Positions 13,327 through 26,900 of a stretch of 64,000 nt of DNA are shown here, in pieces; the stretch's first letter is position 1; every line of letters begins with the position of its first letter. Position numbers and translations under genes: made by a program. Source of the DNA: Vermamoeba vermiformis (taxonomy: Eukaryota); NCBI GenBank assembly GCA_045837725.1, contig JBEWZL010000123.1:372001-436000 (forward strand). The letters are read 5' to 3'. Under the pieces are notes generated by a model, which saw only the letters and a list, made by a program, of their open reading frames with translations, made no database searches and was not told where the DNA came from.

Positions 13327-15093
13327 TTATTTCAAATCTTCCAAGATTTTGTTCAAACTAGCAACGGTCTTAGTCAATTCGCTGTTCAATTCGGTTTGTT
13401 CGTGCAATTGATGCTTAAGGTCCTTGCTTTCAGTCTCCAAGGTGGCAAGTTTAGACTCGATCTGTGACTTGGCGGATTCGAGAGTTTCTAATCTGTTCAA
13501 CAAAGCTTGCAATTGAGCTTGGCTAATCGGGCCTTGGTCGCTAGAAACCAAAACGGCTTGTTTAGTCAATGCTTCGGCCTGCTCTAAGCGTTCTTGAAGT
13601 TCTTTGGCCTGCTTGGCTTCCTGCAACTCTTTTTCTTTTCGTTCAGCCTCTTCTTCGCGAGCCTTAGCTTCTCTCAATGCAGCTTCGCGCTCCTCTTGTT
13701 CTTTAGCCGCTTGAGCTTCGCGTGCAGCCTGTTCTTGCTTCTCGTGCTCAAGTCGTTCTCGTTCCTGACGCTCTTCTTGTTCCTTCTTTTCGCGCTCTTG
13801 TTTCTCACCTGCCTCGCGCTCTTGTCGCTCACGCTCTTCTTGCTCTTGACGTGCTTTTTGTTCTTGTTCTTCACGTTCTTTAGCAGCTTGCAACTCGCGC
13901 TCTTCGCGCTCTTTAGCCTCTTGAGCTTGACGAGCTTCAGCTTCCTTTCGCTCTCTTTCAGCGCGTTCTTCTTGCTCGCGCTTTTCTTGTTCTTGACGTG
14001 CTTTTTCCTCGCGTTCTTTAGCCTCACGTTCTGCACGTTGTTTTGCTTCGCGTTCAGCATCGTCGTTAGAGGACTTGACGGGCGATGTGACGGTTGAAGA
14101 TGAGCGAGGAATTTCGCTGCGGATTTAAATTAATGATTTGTACGCAAGCCAAAATTGAAAATTTAATGAAGATTTTCTTGGGTTCTAAATGCCAACAGAT
14201 CGACGTCAAAAAGACGTTTATACGTTCTAAATACGCAAATATATACGAATATGTTTATGCCGTTTTCTTATAGTCCTATCCTCCCTCTCAAACGAATCTC
14301 AAATGGATCGCAGCCAACTCAGTCGTGTTCACCTCAAACATTTAGTGTAGCGAACTTACCTGGTGCCCAATAAAGGACCGCTGTAGCTGGAAGAGTTGCT
14401 GACGTGGCGACCAAGAGCGTGAATGCAGTGGATTACTTGGCCCAAGTTTTTAGCCTCGTACAGATCGACGGTCCTAAAGTTCACAATTAGCTTATTTAGC
14501 TCACAGAATAACTGCAGTATACTTACATGAACTGATCAACTTTGTTAACGCCCAAAGCAGCGCAACCTTTCAAGAAGAAGCCAATATTTTCCTGATCGAT
14601 CCAAATTAATATTTGACATTATTTAAAATTGTGGTTTGCTTATAATTCGCGAGGCAATTTCGCAGTGCGTACCATCATCATAAAGGGTGTCTTTTGTTTA
14701 TTAATCTTCTTCACGAGACCAGGGCGAATCTTATTCATCAAACTGCAATACAAAAATGTTAGCGAAGCTTGATCTATCATATTTTGGCTTCAATATACAT
14801 ACTTGCAGAGAGTTACGCCGTCCTTCAAGTCGTCGTGGAAGTTGTTAATTTTTTCACCAGTAACAGCCTCGACCCAAGCGCGAGTTTCAGCTTCAATTTG
14901 AGCGTCATACTTGGCATCTTGTTTAGCCTTGAGATCTGCGTCCAAACCTGCGATATAAAATTAGGATAATTATATTCGGCCTGTAAATGCGCATTAGCAA
15001 GCGATTTAAATTTGGATCTGTCAAATGGCAAACAAAATATCTTTCGGCATCTGTCTGAAACGACTTACCATAAACGGGTCCGTGGTTAGCCAT
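13327..15093 (-). CDS. Calponin/transgelin-type CH-domain protein with a long ER/K helix and C-terminal coiled coil
   Basis: Exons give MANHGPVY-GLDADLKAK..., LKDGVTLC-KLMNKIRPG, ENIGFFLKGC and VDLYEAKNLGQVIHCIHALGR, followed by an EREEKARQEQE-type helix. Confidence 0.85.
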
Positions 15094-15285
15094 GGTTTAA
15101 TAAGTTGCGATAAGTGTTATGTGCTTAAATAGTAGAATATAAATACAAAAAAGAATCTTGTTCACACAAGAAGATTTTTCTCTGGTTCGAAATTTTGAAA
15201 TGGTTTGACCGCAAAATAGTTCGGCAGGTATTCGTTTGTAGTATCCTAAAATCAATATAAAGTGCACCATTAGACAAAACAAATT

Positions 15286-16619
15286 ATGAAGATATTTTTT
15301 GCGTTGTTCTCAATTTTGGCGCTCAGCGCATCTGCGCAGTTATTGGATACAGTCTTGAACACGTACCAATACAGCAACTATCGCGTACTTAGTAACGATG
15401 GCATGTTGTTATTATTATGGACGCCTAGCGAGACTTCAATTCAGTTTGCTGTGGTTGGTAGAATGAACTACCCTGGCAATGAGCATTGCAAAAAAGACGG
15501 CTGCTGGATGGGTACTGGATGGTATGTATAATACTATTATTATAGTAAGAATAGATGCGTAATGTGGCGTAATTTATTTTTAATTTTTTTGCGCGTGGAT
15601 CTAAAATTTTAAATATTGTAGGAATCCTCAAGGCACAGCAGGCAATGTCATGATTGGATCGCGTGTTGTGATGGGTAAATATTAATATTATTATTAATTT
15701 TAAGCATTTGTTTTCGTCAACGGCAAATTTTTGCAATTTCGATACTTTATTTTGAGGCCAGATCTTGGCAAAATTCTCAAAAATAACATCTTAATGAATC
15801 CACATAACTTCAATAACGAAACTATTATGATTAACCATCGCGTTGATTCTATTATTCTCAATCCGGCTATTTTTCGACGGTCGTAAAATTGAACTTAATC
15901 GAATCGATGCCTATTATATTATTAATTACTCTATGCAGGACGCTTCCACCCTAATGGCACGGAAATGGTTGAAGAACGCCAGATCTCAGGACGAGATGTG
16001 TCGCAAGTAGCTCTAACGACCTCATATTTCACTGCAAGCTCAATCAACTTCGACGGGGACTATATGATCGTTCAGTTCACTCGTCTTCGCGCAGATCCGC
16101 CTGTATTGGCGGCAAATAGCTCGATCTGGTCCTGCATGTCTATGCGCCCGGACATTTTTGACCTTGCACGTCACGGACCTAATTACGCCTCGACGCAAAT
16201 CAATTTAGGTATGTCATAGTATATAATTACGAATTTTTAATTGTTTTTGATAAGTTCGAACTTGAATCCGAAATTTAATTATTTAACGGGAGCTAATAAT
16301 AGTGCAATTTTTATATAAAAATATACGGATTATTAATGTATAACGTTATAAAGATACTGGAGATGGTGCTATACCAGTTACTCGCTGCAGTAGCGAGAAT
16401 TGCATTAACGGTTCGTGCACGGATTCGTTGCAGTGCACTTGCAGTGCCGGCTGGGCAGGCAGCAAATGCGATACTGCTGCAAGCAGCCCTACTTCTCTCA
16501 CTCCTACTAATAGCCCTACCTCCTCACCTACTGGCAAAACTTCTGGATCGACTCCTTTGGGCGTAATTTTGACTTGTTCGTACGTTGCCTTTGGAGCTGG
16601 TCTCTTGTATTTTATGTAA
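15286..16619 (+). CDS. Cell-surface DOMON + EGF-like protein, TM- or GPI-anchored
   Basis: Signal peptide; DOMON motifs (LLLWTP, WMGTGW, VMIGSRVVMG, VQFTR, ARHG); EGF (CINGSC...CTCSAGWAGSKC); S/T/P stalk; hydrophobic C-terminus. Confidence 0.8.
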
Positions 16620-17193
16620 TAGAATATTGTTAATAATAAAACAAGTGTCGATCGGTGAAACAATTGTCGTGTCACGACGTGTAATGCACAACTGACGCAT
16701 CCGTTACTTGTAACCACCAATTTAATGCGTTGTACTGACATATGTGCAAAACATTTACTCTCATAATATTACATTATATACTCGTATAAGGTCACGTTTC
16801 GTTCAGTAGGAATCATTTTACGGATTTAGAAGCGCTAATTAGATCCGTTCAATCGTTGCTAGTTGTCGATCAGCATACGATCTAAAGATGCCGTTGTAAA
16901 AATCATTATTGATAAAGGCCGTACCGGATTAATCGCTAAACTAGCGCGTGACATCTAGTCAAACAACCTGTCCCATTAGGATCTAACAGGACAAAGCTCG
17001 CTGACACGGCTTTAAATCTGTACTCAAGCTATGATATACACCCGGAAAGTATCTCCGACGCAGGTATATCTCTATTTCAATCGAAAATGAGACCGGCTTC
17101 GAAAGATTTTTTCGGTGATTGTATTTTTTGAATTGATTATTCTATTTATATTTTGAATGGTGCAACACACCCCTTCGTGTTGTGTCTAATAAA

Positions 17194-20100
17194 ATGAGTA
17201 CAGAGAATGGTACAAGTCCACGACCTGGTGGACCACCACCAATGAATAACGTATCCGGTCCAGGTCCAAAGAAGGCCCTCGTCAAATCTGGGCTAAAGAA
17301 GATGCCAGCAAATATGAAACAGCCTCCTAAAAATAATATTGGTCCTAAACAACCCATTCCGAACCCTCAACCCGTCACATCTGGTGAAACAGTGAACGAA
17401 AGTGACCCAGCACTGGAGAATAATAAAAATAAAATCAAAATATTCGAGCAAGCGGCTCAGGCAGAGTCAAAAGCAGCCTCGACTACAACGGCGAAAATAC
17501 CACCCAATCCAGCATTACAAAGAGCCGTTTCAGCGAGTTTCAAAAAGACCGGTGTAATCCCTTCAACGAATCCACCTCCAGCAAATCCCAAAGCAAATAC
17601 AGGACTTAATTTAGTATCACCTCGATTAAATAACAGCGCACCTGCACAGCCTGTATCGCCTCACAGTCCGAAGGTTGAAAATGCTAATAATTCCACCCTC
17701 GAATCTCCAAAGGTTAAAGTGGACCCGAATTTTGTAAAGAAAGATCGTCCTTTATCATCTCATAGCAATAGTGAAAAAGAAGGCGATAAATCACCTCACA
17801 CGAGCAATCAAAATACGGAACGATCGACATCGCGAAGATCAAGCTCGGCCAGCTTGCCTTTAAGCAACGAAAATACCGACAGAGATGAAGATTCATTTGC
17901 CATCGATAAGGCGATACCAGAAGAAGATTCTTCAAGTTCCGAATTGGAAGAGAAAATCGAAGCGGATGAGGCCCAGACGAGGATGCTAGAATCGTTTAAA
18001 GCCCAAACCGGTGAGAATAAGCCAGTTGAAGAAAAGAAGGCTCTAAATTTGCCAGTAAATAATAAGCCACGAGCACAATCAAAAACTGTTCGAAGGGTAA
18101 GAACGATCTGACAAGAAATTCGCTTAGTTCGTTCTAATATTAATTTAATTATTAGCTTGAGAAAGTACCGCCAGTATTAGAGGAGGATTTCGAAGATGAA
18201 TGGTCAGAGTTTCCAGTCAAGTAAGAAAAAAAATATTTACCTATTATTAGGGCCGGTCCTGATCTTTTAAATTTATCTGCAGCAAATACACCTTTAAAAT
18301 CATCCAAGAACCTGATGAGTATATTATGCCCGGTGAATGTGTAGCAATTCGAGTAAGTCCCCTTTTTGGTCTCGTACTTTTGGATGTGCTCCCAGCTCGA
18401 AATTATTTTCCCGCTCGCCGATGAATTGCTTATAATTACTAATTCATCATCAAATATGACGTCTATAATATATTTGAATTTATTATATGACCTGAAACGA
18501 TTTTAATGTATGATTTTCCATAAAGGTTCGAATATGCGAGGACAAATCAAAAGAGCACAAAGTAGCAGTGGCCATGTTATACAGATACGAAGGCGATAAC
18601 GGAATTTTATTCCAAATTAAGCTCGAGAACGAAGCCAAGTTTTATTTGTTGATTCGCCTTGTCATCGATGATGAGAATCATTTGGTGTTGGCTCGCAAAG
18701 GTAAGAAAAAATCGCAAAATGTCTTCTTATACAAAATCCTATAATATACAACCCATTTATAGCCTTGACTATGCTTGACATTTATTCTGATTATTTTCTG
18801 CGGTTAGATCCGGCGGTCAAAGAGTATGATCGAGTAATTGAAACACAAGAGTATACCAAGGCCAGAGGCTCGGGATATTATCGACCTAAATCACAAGCAG
18901 TCTATAACTCTATTGGCGCACTTATCGACAAGAATGATTTGATGCTCTACTTGAAAATCGCGCAAAGGTCACCGGTTGAGAACACTGATGCCGCGCCCAA
19001 ACCTTACAGAATCTTATTGAACGCGTTAAATCAGTTCAATGCCTCCGACCACTGCGTCACAAGAAAGATTCTGGCCGTTGATCGAATTACCCGAAACACA
19101 AAACAGGCCCGAAAAGAATTGATCTCGTTTTTCCGATCGTTCGATCACCGAAGCTCAGAAATGGACGACAAATTGACTGCACTGGAGAAAACTACCGTGC
19201 CCGCGGAACAAGAAGAAATCATGAAAGACATCACCGAGTTGTTGTTCAAGGCTTCAAAGGAGAACCTTCGCAAGCAGTACTTTAACGGCAAAACTCTGCT
19301 GCATTATGCGTGCATTTTGGAAGCAAAACAATACGTCGCTTATCTGCTCAGCAAGTGCGATGCCAACGACGTCAATTTGTTTGACATGAACACTCGTGGA
19401 GCGCTATTTTATGCCGTTGAATCAGGCAACAAAGAGTAAGTCTAAATCTCATATTAATATAGTTTACTAAAATCTATCGTAGTATTGTTGAGATGCTGGT
19501 GACTAAAGGCGCCAATGTTTCATGCAATGATACACGAGGGGAATCAATCCACAACGTCGCGTTGCGGTTGAACAGAATTGAAGTCTTGCATTACTTGAAC
19601 GAGCGAAACAAACCGGCGACCACTTCGGTGGCTCAATCGCTCACTGAGACTCAATTGCACGATGCAGCTCAGAACGATAACGTGGAAGAACTGCAACAGC
19701 TGTTGTCATCTAAAAACAGCAACGTCAATGCTAAGAACATTCTCGGTGCTACTTCACTGCATATTGCTGCTTCAAAGTAAGTCAGTCGTAATAATATAAC
19801 CTCGTATTCTAACACTCTCAGGGGTTCGTTGACCGCTATCGATCAACTTTTGAATGCCGGTGCCAATCCTAATGAAAAAGACAACGATGGCTCGACGCCT
19901 TTGCACCAAGCAGTTGCCTCGGGCAGACTCGATATTGTGACTGCGCTTCTCAAGGCTAAAGTAGATGTCAATGCCAAGGACGCCACGGAAGCAACTCCGC
20001 TGAACCTTGCTACGATGCAGAAACAAGACGAAATTGCGTTGTTATTGCTCGAGCACGGCGCTGATCCGAACATTCCCAACGAACAAGCTTTCACTCCTTT

Positions 20101-23100
20101 GCATTACGCCAGTGCCTACGGTGAACTTAAGACTGCTAGCGCATTGATCGAGCGAGGAGCCAACATCAAAGCTGTCACCAAGGAAATGTCAACACCGCTT
20201 CATCAAGCCGCGTTCAATGGTCACGCTAACGTCGTGAAACTGTTGATAGAAAAAGGAGCTGAAATGGAGTTTGGCAACAGCAAGGCATTGCACTTGGCTT
20301 GCTTCAATGGACACGCCTCTGTGGTCAAGATTTTGCTCGAGAAGGGCGCCAATGTAAATTGCACTGACGAAGAGCTTTCAACTCCCTTGCACAAAGCAAC
20401 GTACAATGGCCACGTTGAGTGTTTGAAGATTTTAGTCGAACAAGGCAAAGCAGATCTGAACTGCAAGGACGCGGAAGGTGCTACACCTCTCCATAAGGCT
20501 GCATTCTCAGCTAAGGATGAGTGCCTGCAGTACTTGTTGGCACAAGGCGCTGAAGTTGACTCCGAAGACAACTGTCAAGGAACATCACTTCACAACGCTG
20601 CTTTCCGAGGTCATGCTACTACCGCTGAAATGTTGATCAAAGCCAAAGCAAACATCAACAAAGGTGATGATCGAGGTGCTACACCACTCCACTTGGCTGC
20701 GCTTGGCAACGGTCTGGACTGCCTCAAATTTTTGATCAAACAAGGTGCCAACGTTGAGGCCGTTGATGTTGGTGGCATGACTCCCTTGATGTACAGTGTT
20801 GGTCACTTGGAGATCGTCAAATTCTTGTTAACGCAAAAGTTGGACGTTAACCGAACTGACAAGAAGGGACGAAGTGCTCTGCTACATGCCATAGTCAAGC
20901 GACACGAAGAAGTCGCGAAAGTTTTGATTGAACACGGTGCTGATCCCAACAAGAAGGACAACGAAGGACGAATGCCAATCGAGCTCGTCTCGCCTGCCTT
21001 CAAGGAGATCATCAACGATGCTGTCAAAATGCGTCAGAAAGGTGCTTTCGACGAAAAGACTCAAGCCAAGTTCGCCGAAGCCGTCAAGCGATTCAATGCC
21101 AAGCCTAAGACTGGTGTCGAGTACCTCATTAGCGAAGGCTTGGTGGACAAGAACAACTTTGCTCAAGACATGGCCTTCTTCTTGCAAAAGGAGAACGATA
21201 ACCTGTCACGCAAGGTTATGGGCGACTACCTTGGCACCAAGGAGAACTTTGAAGTCCTCACAGCATTTACCAACAGACTCAACTTCGAAGGCATGGAGTT
21301 CGATCAGGCTTTCCGTGTCTTTTTGACCAAGTTCCGCTTGCCTGGTGAAGCTCAAATGATTGATCGATGCATGCAACGCTTCTCGGCCCGATACTGCGAA
21401 AACAATCCAGACTTCTTCCCCGACGAGGACACTGCCTACATGATTGCTTTCTCGTTGATTATGCTTCACACGGACGCGCACAACCCGAACGTGAAGGATA
21501 AGATGACGAAGAGTCAGTTCATCAAGAACAGTCACGGTTTTTGGGCTGGTCAAGACCCTCCACAAGATTTCTTGGAGCGAATGTACGATAGCGTCGTTGA
21601 GAACGAAATCAAGCTTGATAGCGACGATCTGGTCGTCATCGAGAAGAAAGGATGGCTGAAGCGACAAACCGACGGTCGTAACAAGAAATGGAGCCCGCGG
21701 TACTTTATCCTTAAAGATCAAGTGCTCTATTACTATAAATCGCAAGAAGACAGCGACAACCCCAACGGCTTGATTCCTTTGGAGAACGTTGTTGTGAAGC
21801 CTCGTGAAGAAAAGAAGAAGATCGTTCGATTCGCTTTGGTTGCTGCCGACGGTGGACCAATCAAGTCCTGCAAGATGGAGAAGGGCAAGTTGATGCAAGG
21901 AAACCACAAAGAACTCTTCTTTACTGCTGAAAACTCGAAAGACAACGAAGAGTGGATCGAAGCTATCAGAGGTAGCATTGCCAACAATCCTTTCTACCAC
22001 TTGATTACGAAGCGTATGGAAGAGCTCGCGAGCGCAAAGTCGACGAACGCTGCGGTCAACTTCCAAGAGATCTACGACCTGGCTCTGTTGTGCCAATCTT
22101 GCGCGTCAGGAGATGAAGCAGCCATTAAAGACACCTACGGACCGTACGTGCTCGTGGTCGACCAAGTCATGGGCATCAAATTCATGGTTATCACGAACGG
22201 AGACTACAAGAGAACGCAGATCGTATTGACAGGTAAGGGACAATTTTGTTTCCTAGCGGAGGTGATGCTCGGGACTCGAAAAACGGAATTCAACGATGGG
22301 TGCATGGTGCACTTGGTAGCACGTCCGCTTCGCATGCGGGAGGTACGGGGATCGAAGCCCTGTGCATCCAACATTTTTTTTATTTTTTCGCAGCCCAGTA
22401 CCATAAATTCTTCCCGCCACCTCCGCAGCTACCGACAAAACTCGATTTGATACCAACAAATTGTGTTATAATTGGGGTTGATGCAGAAAAAAAGCACTCC
22501 TAATTGAGTGACAAACCTAATCGCCAGTCCAGTCTGACCCAAACTTTCTTTTTTTTACCTTTTTTGCTACTTTCTCTGATATGCTCGTACTAACGCACGT
22601 TGTAGGTGATATGTTTGACGAATCTGGCCTCAAGGCGTCGCAGCTTAGCGATCCGAGCTTCGACTTCAAAAACTTCTTCAAGATCGAGACCATCGTCGAG
22701 CAACTTCAGAAGGCCGTTGAAAGTCACTTGCTCAAGGGCTACGCTCTTCAACTTATCGGTCACTCGTTGGGCAGCATCATCTCGGTGTTCTTGGCGATCA
22801 AGCTCCAACAGAAACGATACAAGGTTACCAAGATCGTTAACTTTGCGCAGCCCAACTTCATGCTCGAGCAAGATGCAAGCACCCTTCGCACGCTCAGTGT
22901 AATGCGCATCGTTGACGTGAAGGACCCGATCTATGACACGTTCAACGGTCACATCCACGTTGGCTACCAATTAAGTTTGGTCGGCAAGAGCGCTTACTGC
23001 TTCGAGAACAAGATGGACTTGCACTCACTGTCATCGCCCACTGTGCCCATGAACAACAATGGCACTGCTCTGACCCGCGAGAGCAAAGACGTTCAGCGAC

Positions 23101-23303
23101 CAATGACATCCAGCGCTCCTGGCGGTAAAACACGCACCTCGATGGACAAGCCAGCAGGTTCTGTCTCGAAGAAAGAGAAGAAGGTTAATCTTGAAGAGCG
23201 AATACTGGTCCATAAAATTGAAAGCTACTTGAAGAACCTCAAGCACAAGCTGAAAGGCGCGCCAACAGCGATCCAGCCTCGCGACTTGAAACAACACCTG
23301 TAA
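17194..23303 (+). CDS. Arf GEF: Pro-rich N-terminus, ankyrin repeats, Sec7, PH and a C-terminal class-3 lipase-like domain (SecG-like)
   Basis: Many TPLH ankyrin repeats. Sec7 FRLPGEAQMIDR and LIMLHTDAHN; PH KKGWLKRQ...WIEAI. Lipase-like GHSLG, KDPI and HKIESY. Intron 22233-22605 joins PH to the lipase exon in frame. Confidence 0.9.
22298..22370 (+). tRNA. tRNA-Ala(CGC), inside an intron of the ArfGEF gene
   Basis: Acceptor stem GGGTGCA/TGCATCC-A with a G3:U70 pair. Anticodon arm CCGC-TT-CGC-AT-GCGG. T-loop GATCGAA as in eukaryotic tRNA-Ala. An oligo-T Pol III terminator follows. Confidence 0.95.
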
Positions 23304-23962
23304 GTTGATATCTCCCTTTTGCACATTATGTACTCCTTATCGATGTGGATTATTATACTTTAATTGTACTTTTTGAACTTGTAATACATGTACCATAGCT
23401 AATAATATTTAAATGTGATAACTGAACGCACGACGAAGCAAAAAAATGCCTCGTCCTTGTTTGTTATTAATAAACACCACAAAATCACATATAAATTCGT
23501 GACTGTAGTGATAAAGATATGCGTAACGGTCAGATTGCAATTGTTGATCGCGTTGCGGAACTAGATGTGAATTAGTTCGAATTTAGCTCATGACCCTCAG
23601 TGCAGTAATAATCCCTACAGTATTGTGGTGGTTGATTCACAAATGAATATTAAAAGGAAGAAACAATCTCGCGGGTCGAGGTGCTGTTTTATTTTGGCTA
23701 GCAAAATTCATCAATTTTGACCGGCAAAAGCAGACAAGTATTCCCAACGGTAGAATTTTTTAAACTACAGTGCATTTGTTGATAAGATAGCCACTATATT
23801 TATTTATTTTTAAGCTTTATTAGTGTTTAGAGTGGAGAGAAATTGAAAGAGGAACAAACAGAGCGGATTTCCAATTTTTACACCTTTCGGAGTTCAAAAA
23901 ATAAACAAATAGCGCCAATAAAATAGAAATAATATAATATCGTAGAACGACATCAACACAAT

Positions 23963-26900
23963 ATGAGCGAGCAAGTTAGACGATTACCACCAACTCCACC
24001 TGGTGTTGCACCACTCAAAGTTCCCAGCCACGACCCAAGCTCTGGTCCTGCCTCACCTAAATTAAGATCAACACAAAGTTTCAGTAGCCCAAGAGGAACT
24101 TTAAATTCACCAGGAGGCAAAAATCCTGAATTATCGAGGATAGCGACATTAGTTGGAACTTTTGCTGCGATGGAACAGCAAGCGAACAGTCAAGCACCGG
24201 GCTCACCGCACCCGAACCAACCACCAGTACCAACTAAAAAGGCACCTCCTATCCCAAGCAGACCCAAGTCAACCACCATCGATCATGGTGTTATAAACCC
24301 ACCATTGTCACCCAATTCAAATACGCCCAAAGTTGCTGCAAAGGGCCCACTGCCCAAGCGTCCTTCACATGCGCCGCCACCTCCTCCAAAGAGCGTTAAT
24401 GGAGCACCAGTAGCAACAGCAAATTCCAATAACGAAGATGAATCTTCAGCATCAGATTCAACAAATAGCGAGCGCAATGGAGGACCTAGCAGTGATGGAA
24501 ATATTGCAGGTAATTTATCACCACGAAGAAAAAATGCTCAATCTGAAGCCAACATCAAACGCCCTTTAGTTCGCAAGACTACGGGACCACCCCGAGTATT
24601 TCAAAGTCGTGTACAAAATGCACTTGCAGCATCAGAAAAAGCTGATAGACGAGCTTCAGACGATACTGTTAGTCCCCGATCAGCTGGCAGCAGTCCGACT
24701 ATTGATAGAAAATCAAGACGTATGAGCATCTCAGGGCTCACTTCTCCTAGGTAAATACCGAATATATTTTATATTGCCTATCAATCTATGTAATTATCGG
24801 GTTTTAATTTAATTTTTATCACTCAATACCCATGACGTTCGTCTGATTCACTCAAGGTGTTACTCTTTTTACCTTTTATCTTTCATTTCCCGCTAGATAT
24901 ACGCTATTATATCCCATAAATAATAATTTTGCTGATTTTCAGCTTTAGCATTCAATGCCCGAGCCGATTTAATTTTTTACGTACACTAGATTTCAAATTA
25001 TTGACGCTAACTCCATTTATTAATATATTATAGGGGACGAGGAAACAGCAATGAAGTAAGTATTATTTTCATACTATTCTCACTTACTATCAGTTTCGAA
25101 ACCGTTTCGACTTTCCGATCGATTAATACTCAACGGATACGCCCATTCCGAAAAAAGATCATATCTAACCTATATATCCCCGTATAATAGTCATCTATGT
25201 CATCTTCTACCGATGTTGCACCGCCTCCAAAGGCTTCTAGCGATATGCATTCAATCGATCTTGAAACGGGCACAAAGAAACGAAAATTATCAGTCTCATC
25301 GGCGTCTCTATCTCCCGAAGACGGTAAAGGCACGAAACGAAGTAGCAAAGCCTTCGTGAAGGTAACTAAATTTTAATCTATTTATCATCTGCCAAGCTAG
25401 AATTCTAGCGTTGATTTCCTACGCAATTCAAAACAAATTATTCCGCTTCGTTTATCGTGTACGAATGAAATATTCTCGTTTTAGTGGCCTCGTATTATTT
25501 TTAGAATTTTTTTAGGCTAATTTGCTTCGGTTTCAATTCTATTTCTGCAACGAGGCCTAATTTGTTCATTTTTTTGAATTAATTTGTGTATCCCCATATT
25601 CTTATGTATATATATTTCTTGCATATCTAGTCGTTCTCAAGGACATTCTCAAAAATACAACAAAAGGGCCTGTTTGCCAAAGTCAGCGAGAGCGTCAAGC
25701 GAACACACAGCAAAAACAAAGGCGACTCAGAAAAAGATAGAACAGATAAAGATAAGAGCTCTAATAATACAGATGACGTTAGCGCGCAAGAGGAGGAGTA
25801 AGTCTATTAATTTAGCTATTTTTTCTAGAATGAGACCAAAATTTTGGATCCGTTACAAAATGAAACAAATTCTTATTTTACCGAATTTGGGCGAAACTAA
25901 TAGTAATGGCATTGAGTAATATATTCCAATGTGCTCATTATTATAACAGAGTATTTGGGTCGGGCTATATTATTAACGACGATTTTAGGACTGAGACCTT
26001 CGAGGATCCGCTGTCACAAATGAGCGAAGAGGATTGGCTCACCCAAAAGCGTCCGAAGAGAGAGTGGCCGTCAGTGGTATGTGATAGTAGAATAGGGTTT
26101 CTAAACGCTTATACAATGGCGATAATTAATTGCAAAGATGATAGTTGACACGACCAGTCAAATTGGCTTTCTTATTTTATAATCAAATTACAGATAGTAT
26201 ACTAGTCGTATATGTGGTCGATATATCACACAGATCTTGATTACGGATTTGTTAATAATATTTTAAGGCAAATTGAATTTTTGTAACCGTTACTGAGCTG
26301 GATCATTCTCTAGGACCTGGCGTCAATTCCAAAAGATTATACTGGCATGGTAGACCCGCGGTGTACTTCACTCGGCTACTATATTGAATTTGGTCAAAAA
26401 GGCGCACCCACTGCACCTCATTTGGAAATTGAATACGGAGATCTGGACATATTTTTCTATCGGGATTTGATGTGCTCTGTTGGTACGTATATATTCTTAT
26501 ATAATAATTCAGTACAGCGGGATTATCAATATGAACAATTAAGATATTTTTAGACCCCAAACAGGTCAGATTTTTTGAATGGAACTTTCGTTACAACCGA
26601 TATTTAATACGCTTTAATTATAAAATAATTGCTAATGATATCTAAATATAGACCACGTCAATCTCGTCGGTGAGTCAGCCGAGGGCGAACCACCTGGTGC
26701 TGTAGTTATTTCAGTCGAAAAGGCAGAGAAGTCAAAGAAAGAAGACCGATTAAAATGTATAATAAGAACGAAGAGGGTAAGTCCGTTTGATACTTGCACA
26801 TATTACTATATTTAGACTCGACAAGAACGAAGTTGGATTTTTTAAAGAATTTTTTCGTCTAGATCTTGCGAATGCAGGTTTTGTCGTGATGCAATTTATT

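Noticed and set aside
21206-22096. 296-aa antisense ORF (also 13594-14097, 12308-12667 and similar)
   Set aside because: These are shadow ORFs produced by codon bias or low complexity of the real gene on the opposite strand.
22233-22450. C-terminal part of ORF 19829..22450 as protein
   Set aside because: It is read-through into an intron containing the tRNA; the donor GTAAGG is at 22233.
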